The notes beneath the pieces were generated by a model. That model did not search any database, was not told the origin of the DNA, and saw nothing but the letters and a program-made list of their open reading frames with translations. Of a stretch of DNA of 64,000 bases, positions 34,786-48,364 are shown in pieces (the stretch's first letter is position 1; each line of letters starts with the position of its first letter). Both the position numbers and the translations under genes were made by a program. Source of the DNA: Callorhinchus milii (taxonomy: Eukaryota); the NCBI RefSeq assembly GCF_018977255.1, contig NW_024704742.1:37884001-37948000 (forward strand). Reading direction: 5' to 3'.

Positions 34786-37700
34786 AACTGTTGGTTCTGT
34801 TTGTTGTACATTTTCATGGAACAAACCATGACTGAACAGATCTTCCCCTTTGGTTACCAACACAAAGAAGCCTGGATTATACACTGCCTCTTCGTCCTTC
34901 CTGAAACCTCAGAAACTCATTGTTGCCATCTCACTTTGTTCTGTGTGTAAACATCGCAGAAAAGGGGACACTGAAGCTTCCAGCCTTGATTTGTTTTTGT
35001 AAAGCTAGAGCTGATCTTGGCAGGCTGATTGACAGAGATGGGTGGAACTGAGATTGTTCTTGGCTGAACTTTAATTGAATGCACGGAGAGGTTTCACAGC
35101 AATTTGTAAAACATTGTAGAAACAAATACGAAGCGATTAATTTCTCCAAAAATAAACAGTCTGCGCGATAGAAGGAGTGGTAATAAACTGGATAGGTTAA
35201 GAGTCCCCTGTGGGAAGGGAGTTTGGGGATTGCCTCGAAAAGAGCACCAGTATCCAATTTGAGTGCATGTCATCATCCTGCAAGAGATAACTGATGTGCT
35301 GGAGCAAGGTTTTCCTAGGAGGTCCATTCAGCCAGCATTCAGCCTGAGCATGGATAGTGCCATAGTGCATGCCAGTTAGATCCATCCCATTGTTCTTTTC
35401 CAGTTTTGCTGAAGGATCAGCTTCTTGTTTGTGTTGTCCACCTCAATATATGATTAAACCAAACATGGTGGATATCTGCAGCATAATGACCTTGGCAGGG
35501 AACAGCGACACAATCAACAGCAACAACAAATTACCATTTATATAGTACCTTTCATGTTGGGAGGACATCCTAAGGTGCTGGAATCAGGTTTCATTCCCTC
35601 TCCACTCCTAATCTGAGCCATGCTGAACTGAGGCTGAAACATAACTCTGTCATCTTCAGGTGGCTGGCATCCTGGGAGCCATCGCTGGCTGAAGGTGAAG
35701 AAGAGGAGGCCAAGAGAACAATACTGAAACGTGCAACTTAATACTCATAAAAACAGTTTTGAAATACCTGAATCAAATGAGAGAGCGAAAAGTTCAACCA
35801 TTGTCAATTATTTCTGAATGTTAAGAGAAGCCTTTCAAATTAATTCTTGATAGAAAATGCCTGTTTAGTTTCACTTTCTTTGCAACACTGAACTCTCTCA
35901 ATGTCTCTAGGAGCTGACCTGTGCCTTTTGACTTTGCCCTTTTGGTTACTGAATTTATTAAGAGAATGTGAGGGTCGGGTTAGGAAAGAAGCTGCTCAAT
36001 GTGTCCCTTTGTTCTTAAATCTTCCATGGCAACAAGTTATTGTTATATACTTCACTTTTTGAAATTGCTTCTTTGCCCACTTCTTTTCGTTAGGCTTTCC
36101 CACACAATTTATACTGATTTCACACCTACAATTATTTTATATGGTGAGTTATCAGTGGTTGATCTGGTAAAGGCAGTAAGTGGAGGGAGAACTTGTGAGT
36201 GAGAGACTCAGCGCTATAATGGCAATGCTGACCAAGAGTAGGGCCTTAAAATGACCTTCCCGTCAGAAAATGGCAACGAGTACATAAATGAACTAAAATG
36301 GGTGAAGTGAAAATATATCAATGGGTGTATCATATCCAAATCTTGCACTGTATTTGTAATACTTGCTTGAAAGTGCTTTGTTTGCCAAGGATCTCTGTTT
36401 CAAACTCAAGGCACAATGCACTTTAAGCTCTATTTATGCTTAACAAAATGGAACCATTTTGGAATGATAATCTACACTTACTTTTCAATGATGTCAAATC
36501 TGATTTCCTTTTTTGTTCTGCAGTGGTCAGGGATAAGAAAAACCCTGGCTGCTTGGTGTCCCTGTGGATTGATTTCTGTACAAGTGGCTAATATGGTCTA
36601 AAGCACATAATCCTGTTAACTGGCATGCATATCTCCTGGAGTCTTGACTGGCATTAACGCATGCAGTGTGGAGGCTGACATTTAATGACTGTGGGAAAAG
36701 TGGAATGGAGTCAAAAGATGAAGCTGCAGTATCTGTTTCACTGGCCTACATAGATTAAATTTCTTATCTGAAATACTGTCTTCACAGAACTCCCATTAAT
36801 CAGTCTCAGGAGAGTTGTCTGAAAACTGGCATTTAAAATCGTTTTGTAATTACGTGAATAAGATATAAATTGCCATCTTCAGTGAGTGCAGACACACATA
36901 AGCACATCACCACGTTTTAAACCTAAATCTTCCCAAAGACAAATTCCAAAGTGTAATGTACAATTAGCCATTCCATGAATATGTGTTCACTGGATCACAC
37001 TTTATCCTTAAGTTTTATTTTACTCTTGACTTTGAATGAAAGCTGTTCTTGTTTTGTGTTCATTGTACTGACATTTATTGTAATGACCCAACAATGGCTC
37101 CCAGAAGCAGAATCCATACCCCTGTAATCTTGGAACCAGGTCTTATGTTTGTGCCCTTGCTGAGTGCATGCCCAAAAGGATTAACAATTAACCCAAAATA
37201 ATTGCACTCAACAAACCTGTTGCTTATAGCACCCGCCTAGTAGGTATGACATCCCACTAGCAGTATTCCTGTGGTCTTAGAATCAGACTCTGACCAAAAA
37301 AAAAAAGGTTAGATTTGTCAACCATACTGAGTGAATGTCTATCGGGTTAACTGGTACTCTGTACTGATTCATCTTACTGGGTTTTACATGCTCATGTGCT
37401 TGTTACCAAACCATTTCTCTATAGGAGGCCATTACTACACAAACCAGAAGTCAAAAGACTGAACCAAGATAGAACTTTTTTCATATAATGTGTACAGAAT
37501 TAATGGTACTACTGGTACAGTGTATTATAATATCAAATCAGAAGTACTTAAAATTTAATTTTCAGGCTTAAGAAATTCATTCAGTTATTATCGTTGTAAA
37601 CTCGGGTAGAGATATTGTGGATACTTTTTGAAAAGCACTGAAAGTGCTCCTTTTCCTCTTCCTTCTAAGTGTTTCCATTTTCAGAATTCGGATAGCTGTA

Positions 37701-39714
37701 TCAGTTTAGTGATATGAATCGTTAGTCGAATTGAACACAACTGATGTGCTGGAAGAACAGAATGGACTCCTCCCCCCCACCGACCATGGCACACACCTGT
37801 GAAATTGGGCCCACGGCATTGGACTTGGAGTTTGTGGCATTTGACTCCTGGTTAGTGAGATATCAACTTTTTTACAAAATAAAATACTTAAAGTAGCCAG
37901 AATCCACAGCATGACCTGCAAACCGGAAGCCCAAATCATTTGGACTTGGCTTCACAGATGTTGCCATTCAGAATGGTGTCAAGGCAATTTACATCTGGAA
38001 CATTCACATATCTTAAATATGATTTTTTTTGTTCAGACGGGTGTCTGACATATGCAGAAACCCATCCCCATGATTAAGAGTATCCAAACCAAACTGAGAA
38101 TTCCATGCGTCCCAGCTACACATGGAAATTCCAGAGATGTTCGATGTGATAAATATTGAATGTAATAAGTTAACCCAGTGGACTCGCCTCTTCATGCACA
38201 CCCTGGTGCAGGCTGATCGTGCTTGGATAATTAACCACTTTTCTGACAAGACTTTTCAGACTGTGGACTAAATGGTACGTTCTGTTTCTGCACACAGCAA
38301 TAATAAGCTGAAAATACGACAGGTTTCTTAACACTAAAATAAGATGCCAACAACATGAGGCATTTCTCTTTGAAGTTTGAACCTTACTTTGATTTCCGAA
38401 CCCTGTGTATTTAGCCAAAAACCATTGACTTGAATGCTAACCTGTTAGCCTATGTAAATTGCTGTTCCTTTGTCTGATTAACTAGTCCTTGTGAGCCACA
38501 CTTAATTCAGGTTACCCATCCAATGCTAAATAGCTATTCAATCCTTAAATTATCGAAACGAATAAGACTAAAACAACGCAACACCTTTTTGATCTTGCAC
38601 ACCACAAAACAAAAGACCTCTGTCTGATTTGTTGAGTCCACAGTAATCCTGATTTGTCACAATTGTCAACTCACTTTGAGACATTGTTGTATTTGGATTG
38701 ATTGATGGGCTGGCTGACTGGCTGGCTAGCTGGAGCCTGCAAGCAGGTTCAGCAGTGTGCCAGAACGACCAAAGGCTAGGCAAGGGGCTCGTGGTCTTGT
38801 TTTTTTTTCGGACTTGTCCAATGCGTTTTGTTTCCAGGGAATCTTGTTGTTCTCTGTAAGGCAAATTACAGATGCAGCAGTCCTCCTGACCTACTATACT
38901 GCCCACAGAGTCTACCCTTCATGATGGTTGGCAATACATGGTCATGCAGATTTATTAGGCATGTGCTGGTGACAGCAAAACGAGGCAGCCCACTCACATT
39001 GTCTTTATCTGATATCTCACAATGCAAGTACAATGGGCCACACTTTCTCTAAAACTTCAACAAGGCCTCTTTGATAAATTGCTCTTTTGATTTTTAAGAT
39101 GTTCTGTTTGAGCTGGAAACTGTTTAGGATCCAAATCAGAGTCAAACTGTTGCATTAACTTGTCTAGAGTACTATCTGATTCCGAATCTTTTTACCCGTT
39201 GATGTTCTCATGTTATTGTTGATGATAGCTTTGACTTTGTATATGGCAATGATCAGCATTATTCTGCATTTTAATGTACTGTTCTGAAAATGTGCTGGTT
39301 TTGTCATTGCCTAGCCTAGTTTTTAATACTGTATCCCTTATTTTGTTTTGCATACCAATCAAGTGAATATTTCTCTCAATTGTGCTCCTTCATTTTGCTC
39401 CTATTTGATTTTCCTGTGGTGCATACTGTTTTATTCAGAAAACCAGAGCAATTGGGTCTGGATACTTCTTTCTCCCTTTCCCCATCAGAGATGCTCTGGG
39501 GTTGCCTGCACTCTGCTCCTTTGGTTTGAACTCATTCTCCATGTTCTTGCTCAACCTTCAGGTGGACCAATTGCCAGGCAGGAAATCACTTTGTTTTATG
39601 ATCTTGCTGAGTGAAACTTGCCCTTTTAAAATAGTGGACTTTGGTTCTCCTAGAAGTTGAAGGTCATAATTGAGACCATTCTTCTCACTTGTTGCAAAAT
39701 TGAATGAAATGCAC

Positions 39715-40400
39715 TTTAGAATCATAGAAATTTAAACTGCAGAGGGGACTATTTGGCCCATTTGTGGGGCGTTGCTGTGCACAAACTGGCTGCTGCGTTT
39801 CGACCACAAATTACACAGTCAATCCACTTTACAGTATATCCTGTGAAGCATTTTGAGACGTCTTGAACACATGATAAGGTGCTATATCAAATGCAAGGAT
39901 TACTACCCATACCACCTTACTTGGCAGGGCATTCCACATCCCAATAATTCTCTGTGTGGAAAATATTCTCCAAAGTTCTTCTTTCACTCTTCTTGTGACT
40001 ATTTTATGTTTGTCCCCTAATCACTGACTCCCCTGCTAGTGGAAATAGATTCTCTCTATTCACATTGTCAACCCCCCCTTTCCAACCCACCCTGCCCCTT
40101 CATAATTTTATAACTCATAACTTCTGTCAGGTCGCCCCTCAACCTTCTCTGCTCGAATGAAAACAGATCTGAATTCTCCAATCTCTCCTCAAAATTATAG
40201 CCCTTCATCACTGGTTTTATTCTTGTAAATCTCCTCTATACCCCCTTCAAGGCTTTAACGTCCTTCCTGAAGTGAGGTTCCCCAAACTGAATGCAATACT
40301 CCACCTGCAGTTTAACAAATGATTTGTACGAATTTAGCATTATTGCTTTACTTTTGTAATCTGTGCCCCTATGTATAAAATCCAGAATAGAACTTTATTT
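39715..40400 (-). mobile_element. CR1 LINE 3' region with a nested SINE tail (39760-39905, +)
   Basis: Reverse CR1 (LEYCIQFGEPHFRKDVKALKG-like, tail tagaatcatagaa). Confidence 0.8.
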
Positions 40401-40456
40401 TTCAAAACGACTATAGATTACAACATGTATTGATACTTGACTCTTCTGTTCGAGTA

Positions 40457-40776
40457 AATAATAATAATAATAATAATCCTTGCATTTGATATAGCGCTTT
40501 TCACGTCGGGAGGACGTCCCAAAGCGCTTCACAGAACACACTGTAAAGTGAATTGACTGTATATTTGTGGGCAAACGCGGCAGCCAATTGCGCACAGCAA
40601 TGTCCCACAAACAGTCGTAAATGAAAATGACCAATTTATTATTGTTTTGGTTTGGGAGGGATTATTATTAGGCGTGTGGAGTAAGCAAACTTGCCCAAGG
40701 TTTCGCCCTGCCTGGAATTGAACTCAGGTCTCTCACTTACAAAGCGAGTGCTCTAACCACTGAGCTACAGGACTCC
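40457..40776 (-). mobile_element. Young SINE, short form (family C)
   Basis: Near-identical reverse complement of 26625-26941. Confidence 0.95.
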
Positions 40777-41359
40777 AGATGTAACTTCAAGTCGGTCTAA
40801 ACCTGTGGACATGCATTCATGCCATTCTAGAGATTATTCACAATCCTTGATGGCTTTTAGCACTCTTCATTTTATAGAAGAATTACATTTCCTGCTCAAG
40901 TAATCTGTACAAGCACTTATTTCCTAAGGCACTTGTTGTAATCCATGTTTTACTTTAGGATTTCCAGTGCCTCTAACTTTTCTGTTTGGTCTCCATATCA
41001 TTCCTCATCCCTTCTCTGAACTAGATGTTGTGAAAGGCCTAGCAGATAAAAGAGACTCCATCTTTGTTTGTTCCTCTTACTTCCAGTTAGGATAATCTTG
41101 GGGATTCCTCCACTAGAATATAACTTAGACAAGCGCTTGGTGTGAAAGACTAGGTACGAAACCATAGCATTACACATTGGTGCTCCAATGTAAACACTTC
41201 ACCTTTTTTGATTTATTCCAGTCATGTTCAATAGCGTTGAGGCCAGGTCTACACTCACTTTTATTCCCATTGGTTTGAAATGCAGTTGCAGGCTAACATG
41301 TATTTTTTTAAATTCAGTCCAATGGAAGGATTCATCAGAGTTGTGTAACTGAGATCTAC

Positions 41360-41660
41360 AGCAACATCCACAAACAGCCATAAAGTATATCACCAGTTAT
41401 ATCTGGGGGATTGTTGGACAGGACACTGGGAGAAACTCCCTTCTCTTTATTGAATACTGCCATGAAGTCTTCACGTACACCTGAATAGGTAGACAGGAAC
41501 TCCTTTTAACATCTCATCTAAAGGACATACTGCAAACCATGCAGTGCTTCCCCTACGAATACATTTAAGAGTTAGCTTGGACTATAAACTCAAAAGCCCA
41601 CCATGGGGTTTGGACCATCAGCCTTCTAATTCAGAGGCAGACTGTCACCAAGGTGGCCTT
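41360..41660 (-). mobile_element. Degenerate Deu-type SINE (family A)
   Basis: ggacaggacactgggagaaactccc...gaatactgccatgaagtcttcacg. Confidence 0.7.
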
Positions 41661-42667
41661 ACTTGAAAAACTTGTGCATTCATGCTGCATGATATTGGCA
41701 ACAGCAGCAATGGAGCACTTCTGTCTGGGAGGGTGGGGAGAAGAATATTTAATTTCAGTAATTTTTAAAAGAAACTAATGCTTTCATTTTAAAGGTCTTA
41801 ATCTTTGCAGGAATTTGTTTCTTTTTATAATCTTGATTAGAATAATCTTGATTTTCTTAATGTTAAAGAACTCAGCTGGTTCTGGTGCAGGAAAGAAGGT
41901 CAGATTGCAGCGGTCACAGGTGTATGTGTGTGGAGGGGGAGGGGGGAGAGTGAGTTTGCGGAACAAGTATGTGTTAAAATACCTTTTTGGCATTCGCCTT
42001 GTCCAACTTTGAGAATTTTAAACAGTTGAGTTAGATAGGCAGGTGGACTAATTGGTTCAATTTGAAGAAAAATGCAAAGCGGCTTTCTTAAGCAAAGAGC
42101 TATTTGCTTAAGGATCGACCGGTAAGCTTCATGGGCTACTGTTAAAAAATCTCATGACTGCTATTTTGGACAATCTCCTAAAGAGCTGAACAAATGGATT
42201 ATTATAGCTCACCAATAATGCCTTTACTAATTTAATTAAGACTGTACTTGTATTTTATTTACATGCTTCTAGGTTTATTGACTCTTTAGTTATGCACCCA
42301 AATAATGCAATTCACAGGCACCAAACTCACCAAAAATATGAGGCTGTGTACCACATAATAATACTAATAATAATTCTTGTGTTTGATATTGCACCTTATC
42401 ATGTTGTTGAGACATCTCAAAGCGCTTCCCAGGATATATTGTAAAGTGGAATTGACTGTATATTTTGTGGGCAAAACGCACACAAATAATTTATTATTAT
42501 TTATAATAAATGTAAGTATTATTATGATCTTTAATACTAACCTGAAGAACAGATGAAAATATAAATGAAGCATAGCCCCATCATTCTTGATGATGGGCCA
42601 ATGTGTTAAACTATGTTAACATTTGAAATGTTGAGAAGACTCTTATTTCTACATGTAAACAATAAGG

Positions 42668-43035
42668 TGTCAGCTTAGCTCAGTTAAAACTCTTCCCTCT
42701 GGTCAGAAGGTTGTGGGTTCAAGCCCGACATTGGAACTTAGAAGTTCAAAGCCCAGGCTAGCACTCCCAATATTTTTCTGAGCTGCATTTTTGGAGATGC
42801 TTCCAATGAGACATTAAACTTGTCTAGTGTCTGTTTCTTCAGTTGAACGTTAAACATTTCATGATGCTATTTGAAAAGAGAAGGATGTTCTTCCTGTATT
42901 TTGTCCAACAATGCGCCAGATAAATTGGTCATCGACTTCATGGCTGTGTGTAGAATATTGCTGTGGTCAAAATGGCTGCTCCATTTGTCTACACATACAA
43001 AGTGTTTGGACACTACAAAATGCAAGGATTATTTT
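42668..43035 (+). mobile_element. Degenerate Deu-type SINE (family A)
   Basis: gtcagcttagctcag...tcagaaggttgtgggttcaagccc head through tail; a reverse tail fragment lies at 42360-42480. Confidence 0.75.
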
Positions 43036-45104
43036 TACTGTATCCTGGTATTCAGAGACCCACAAAAACATTCGGTCAAAGCTTTTTTAGTGAGCAAGCA
43101 GTTTATGGAGACACACATTCAATTTTCCCTTTCTATTGCTGATTTGCTAATCCCTATCATGTACTGACATTGTGTATGGTTGCCTGATTGCTGTTGGTGA
43201 CCTGGCAGCAGATGTAGGCAACCTTGATGTAGACCTGGAAGCAGTTTGTGCTTCTTTGTTTTGGCCGCAGTCATTCCTAGTGAAACTTGTACAAGAACAG
43301 ATGGGTTATTGTGCACAATTTTAACTACTCCTTGATTAAACTGATTAACCTGTTATTAATGGCACAATTCATTTCTGACCAGAAATGGGGAAAGAACGAA
43401 GAAATAGGATTAGATAACTCTAATGCAGGAGTCGATCGCCACAACAGATATGATGGGTTGAATGACCTCCTAATCTGGTGTGAACATTAAGTCTTATTTG
43501 AATGAATGTTTTATGATAGTATAACTTAATTCCTGAATATATGCTTTGCTTTCAATTTTGTTTAATTTGTTGTTTCTTTTTTAATAGCATAGATTTACAT
43601 CATTTACTGCTGAATAAACATTTTGCTGTAATTCGTACAGAGTTACTAGTTCATGGAAGGTCCAAGATGTGAAATTATTTTACTTCGGAAGAGTAGATGT
43701 GTTTTGTAGATGCGGTATTACGCGGTAAAAAATCTGTTGCTGTACACTAGAAATTTTTCTTTCATTTACTGTGTGTGTGTGTGGGGTGGGGGGGTGGAGA
43801 AAATGAGCGGTAGAGTTTTATTCATATATAATATCAATGTCCATGGTTTACATGATACAATTACATGGTTGGTGCTTAGTTCTCCCAATGTACTCGCTCC
43901 TTTTTGCTGCTGAAGATCCTAACTCTTGCTGAGGTACAGTTGCAAAATGCTTCCAGTTTCAAGTGATTTTTCTTCATGTGTGAGCCTGGTTCAAACTATT
44001 CAAACTCATTATATTATAAAGGTTAGGGTTGATGATTTTAAAATGAAGATCGCCTGACACATGGAACCCAAATTAATGTGATTAGCTTCTTTAACTTGCA
44101 CTGTGACAACTTTGTTGACAGTAATGCTGTAATGCCATCAAGTGTACTGGTATTAAATACACTTTAGTAAAATCCACTTAAATGCAAATCTGATCAATCC
44201 ACTTATCTGCAACTTTCCCTTTGTCATTGATTTCCTATTCATTGTTGCCATTTGTTCTGCTTATAAGTGAGTGAATGTCAGTTATTTGCAAATGAAAAAT
44301 GTTATTAATAATTTGATAATCTGAAAATGAAGCTAATGGGATACTTTCCCAAATATTGGGCTTAATGTTCAAGTGTTATTCATTCTCCATTACCTACACT
44401 ATATATAGATGTCTCTGTGAACTACTGCAAACAAATCAATAGACCTGCAATATTAATCATGTTAGGAAGCAGGTTAATGCAGATATCACGTATACAGGGA
44501 AACTATCCTGGCAATGGTACAAAACCAGAATTGTACCTTCCAATTTTCAGAAACGTGAACCATATCTGTTTTATTAAACAATACATCAAAGTACAATCTA
44601 ATTTGGGGAATTGTTGGATATCCTCCACCTAAATCCCTTAGTTTAGGTAATAAACTTGTTAAGATCCAAAGTATATGTGTTTCTCGTCGTGCTGACCAAA
44701 ATCTTTATTCTGCTTGAACTGAGGTGCAACACTCTTTGCTTGTGCTTTTGTCTTTTTATAAAGTAGTGAAATCCATTATATTAAAAAGAGGTGATGAGGT
44801 AAAAGAAGAAAGCTTTTAACTAGTATGTGCAAAAACAACTTGCATTTACACTATATACCAGTACACTTGTTTTGCCCACAAAATATACAGTCAATTCACT
44901 TTACAGTATATTCTGTGAAGCACTTTGAGACATCTCGAAGCGGTGCAAAAGTGCTATATCAAATGCAAGGATTATTATTATTATATAATTCCCTTCATGC
45001 AAGATGGCATCTTGGAACGCTGCACAGTGGTGCAGTTGGATGCCGAGCAAGGGAGAAAGTGGAATTGGCCACCGGTGTGGTCGAAAAGGTGTATTGTCAA
45101 CTAT

Positions 45105-45515
45105 GTTGTCAGCTTGGCTCCATGGTAACACTCTCACCTCTGAGTCAGAAAGTCGTGGGTTCAAGCCCCATGTCAGGACTTTGAATCACATAGTCTAAGC
45201 TGACACTCCAATGCAGTGCGTTGGTGCGTTTTATTGTCGGAGGTGCCGTCCTTCAGATGAGACATAAAACTGTCCATCTGCCTATTCAGGGGGTCGTGAA
45301 AGATCCCATGGCACTATTTGAAAAGAGAAGGGAGTTTCTCCTTGTGTCCTGGCCAACAAATCCCCCAAATAAAATAACTCAATCCATAGCTGTTTGTGGG
45401 ACATTGTGGTGTGTAAACAGGCTGCCCACATACAGTTAATTCACTTTGTAGTATCTCCTGTGAAGCGCTTTGGGATGTCTCAACCACATATATCAAATGC
45501 AAGGATTATTATTAT
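45105..45515 (+). mobile_element. Full-length Deu-type SINE (family A; SacSINE1-like, from recall)
   Basis: Head gtcagcttggctccatggtaacactctcacctctgagtcagaa, central tgtcggaggtgccgtccttcagatgagac...agatcccatggcactatttgaa, and the shared tail. Confidence 0.85.
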
Positions 45516-46384
45516 AAGGTAAGTCTTGCGGAGGGATTTAAGGATTGATAAAAAGCAGTCGAGGTGGGGGGATTGAGACAGGGAGTTCCAGATGTACTGT
45601 GAAAATGATCTCAAAATCAAACTCCCATTTCCCTTGCTGTAAGCACCTTTGCTTGTTCAATGCTATATGCTGAATAGTCAGTACCAATTTGGCTAAAAAG
45701 TGTCATATACACATATCAGGGCCGATCACATATTCTTTTTGTCTTGCAAAAATTTAGTGGGATAATGGTCACCCACGTTCAAATATTTTGATGATTGTGT
45801 ATAACTTTATTAAATATTTCTTGGACCCAATGCACATAAAATGGTGCACACATTCTTTATGTTGGGATTAACAAATGTGTTTTTTTTCCACGAAAGACCT
45901 GCTGTGAACTATTGGCCTTTGACCCGGCTCTCCTTTCAGCTAGAATTTTCAGCCAATCTTCCCAGAAAAAGAGGAAAAAATCATTCTCTGTTACTAATTG
46001 ATCTCCATTAACTTGAATTGTAAGTGTTTAATAACTACTGCACAGTTGAAACCCATTTATAAAAGGGGGATAAAAAAGCAGTGAATCTTCAGATTTTATA
46101 AGTGTGCTTTCATTTTGCTTCTCACCATTCTCACTGTGGTGAGTTTAATAAGGACATGTTTCTGTATGGTTCTGACTGTGTTCTGGAATCAGTATATATC
46201 TGATGAGATTTTCTTAAAAGCAATCCAAGCAGCAATCCCTTATGATAAGAATATTTTGGACAAGCAGGTCATAACTGATTAGTAAACATTTCTGAAATAA
46301 ATAGCAGAAAATCACAGACAACCCTGGTTAATCAGTAAGATATTCTGTTTACAGAAACTCGTTACAAATATTACAAAGCATGTA

Positions 46385-47400
46385 CATCACAGAAACAAAT
46401 CACTCAGCCCAAACAGTTTGTACTGTTGTTTATCTTCCACACAAATCTCCACTCTTATTCCCTCCCACATCCTTCTGTTCCCCTCGCTCTCAAGTGAAGG
46501 TGTAACTTCCACTTGAATGCATCTATGCTATCTGTTTCAACCACCAGTTTGGGCAGTGAGTTCCACAATCTCACTACCCTCTGTGTGAAGTAGTTCCTCT
46601 AAATTCTCTTTAAGATCCCCTAGTCGCTTATCTTATACTTGTGCCCGGTGATTTAATAATGTGTTATAGTGCCGGAGCCCTACAGAATCGATGTGCCCCT
46701 ATTGGACTTGACTCTGGTCCACCAACCCACCCTGAGCTCCCATTGCCAGCACCTGTACCATCCAAGTAAACCTATGCTGAAATGTTTCCATCACTGCTAT
46801 ATCCTTCTGATAGTGTGGCAACCAGAATTGGACACAATATTCCAAATGTGGTCTAACCAAGATTTTGTATGAAGTTAACATCACTTCCTCACTTTTATAT
46901 TCTAACCCGCTAGATATAAAGCCCAAGACCCCAATGGCCTTTTTTTTATATAGCCCTATCTACCTGTGCAGCTACTTTTAGAGATTTGTGGATATGAATC
47001 CCCAGATTCTCCTCTACTCCTCTTAGGTACCTACTATCCAGACCAGAACAGTTTGGGCTGCTGAGGGTCAGATACCCTATTTAAGAAATGTTCGCGCGCA
47101 GCATAAGCAATATTTTTGTGTTTCCTTTCCAGAAACATAACAACATTTATGGGTTATGATGAAAATCAGCCGGATGCGGCCCATGGGCCACCAGTTAGAC
47201 GATAGACGGGCTTCTTTATTTTTCATGCAGAAGTGAATTACTTTGCATTTTCCCACATTAAACTTAATTTGCCATCTGTCTGCCCATTCTGTTGTGTATG
47301 TCTTCCTACATTCTTCTCCAATCCCCTCTTACCACGCCGTCCTGTTTGGTGTAATTTGCAAATTTTGACACCACACTAATATCTGAATCCAAATGATTTA
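46385..47400 (-). mobile_element. CR1 LINE 3' region, decayed and interrupted
   Basis: ORF 46699-46926 GFISSGLEYKSEEVMLTSYKILVRPHLEYCVQFW. Confidence 0.85.
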
Positions 47401-47989
47401 GGTATATAATTACGCATATAATTACAACAACACTCATATAGTGCCCTTCATGCTGGAAAGATGGCCCAGGGCACTGACAGTTAGTGGTTTTTGGACCCGA
47501 GCTGGGAATTGGGGTCAGGAGGAGTGGAGGCCAATGGGGGTGGGAGAGTGGCCAAAGGGATGGTCAAAGAGGAAGGTCTTTAGATGGGACTTTGCAGTAT
47601 ATTCTGTGAAGCACTTTGATACGTCTCGAAGATGTGATAAGGCACTATATCAAATGCAAGGCTTTTTATTATTATAAATTCTTAATAATAATAAACTTAA
47701 ATTTGATATAGTGTCTTATTAAAGTTTATCAATGCAACATTTTGAGACTCCATTTTATGTGCCTTTTTTATAGCTTTTCTAATAGGAGATGTTCTCTTTC
47801 AGTGCTGAGCCACATTCTGGGCAATTTTAAGCTGTGGTGTCATGCTTCCTTTGGTTAAAACTGCTCAATTTCACTTCACTTAGAGATCATGTAGCATTCT
47901 GGACTGGGTTTGAGCCCAGGAATTGGAGGTTAAAGAACAGTGAGGTCTGCTCAGTGGTAATTACTAAATACGATTCGCTTTTAAGGAAT

Positions 47990-48230
47990 CTAAATTGCAC
48001 AATTACAAACATCTTCGGGGAAAAGAAATCTCACCCAGAATCCTGAGAATATGGAATGGGCTGACTCAGAAGATCGTAGATACAGTCAATTAAGGTGATC
48101 AAAGAAGAGTGAGATACTTTGTAAGTAAGGCTATTCAGACATATGGGGGAATGTAATTAAGGAATGTTTCACTTGACTTCATGGCACAGCAAGCTCTATG
48201 GGCCAAAATCTGCTCCTATTCTTCTATTTT
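47990..48230 (+). mobile_element. Decayed CR1 3' end
   Basis: tcacccagaatcctgagaatatggaatgggctg...gggccaaaatctgctcctatt. Confidence 0.5.
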
Positions 48231-48364
48231 TACACTTCTTGAGAAAATGCCATCCTTTGTGAAGTACAGTTGAGATCAGAAGTTCCGAGTTGGGTACGGA
48301 ATTTAGCCATGCAATTATTGGTTCCTCACCTCCCACAGCACCCTAGAAAATTGAGCAGTTTATT

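Noticed and set aside
35620..35770. Possible Harbinger transposase C-terminus (EGEEEEA...)
   Set aside because: Only a short acidic stretch with no catalytic motifs.
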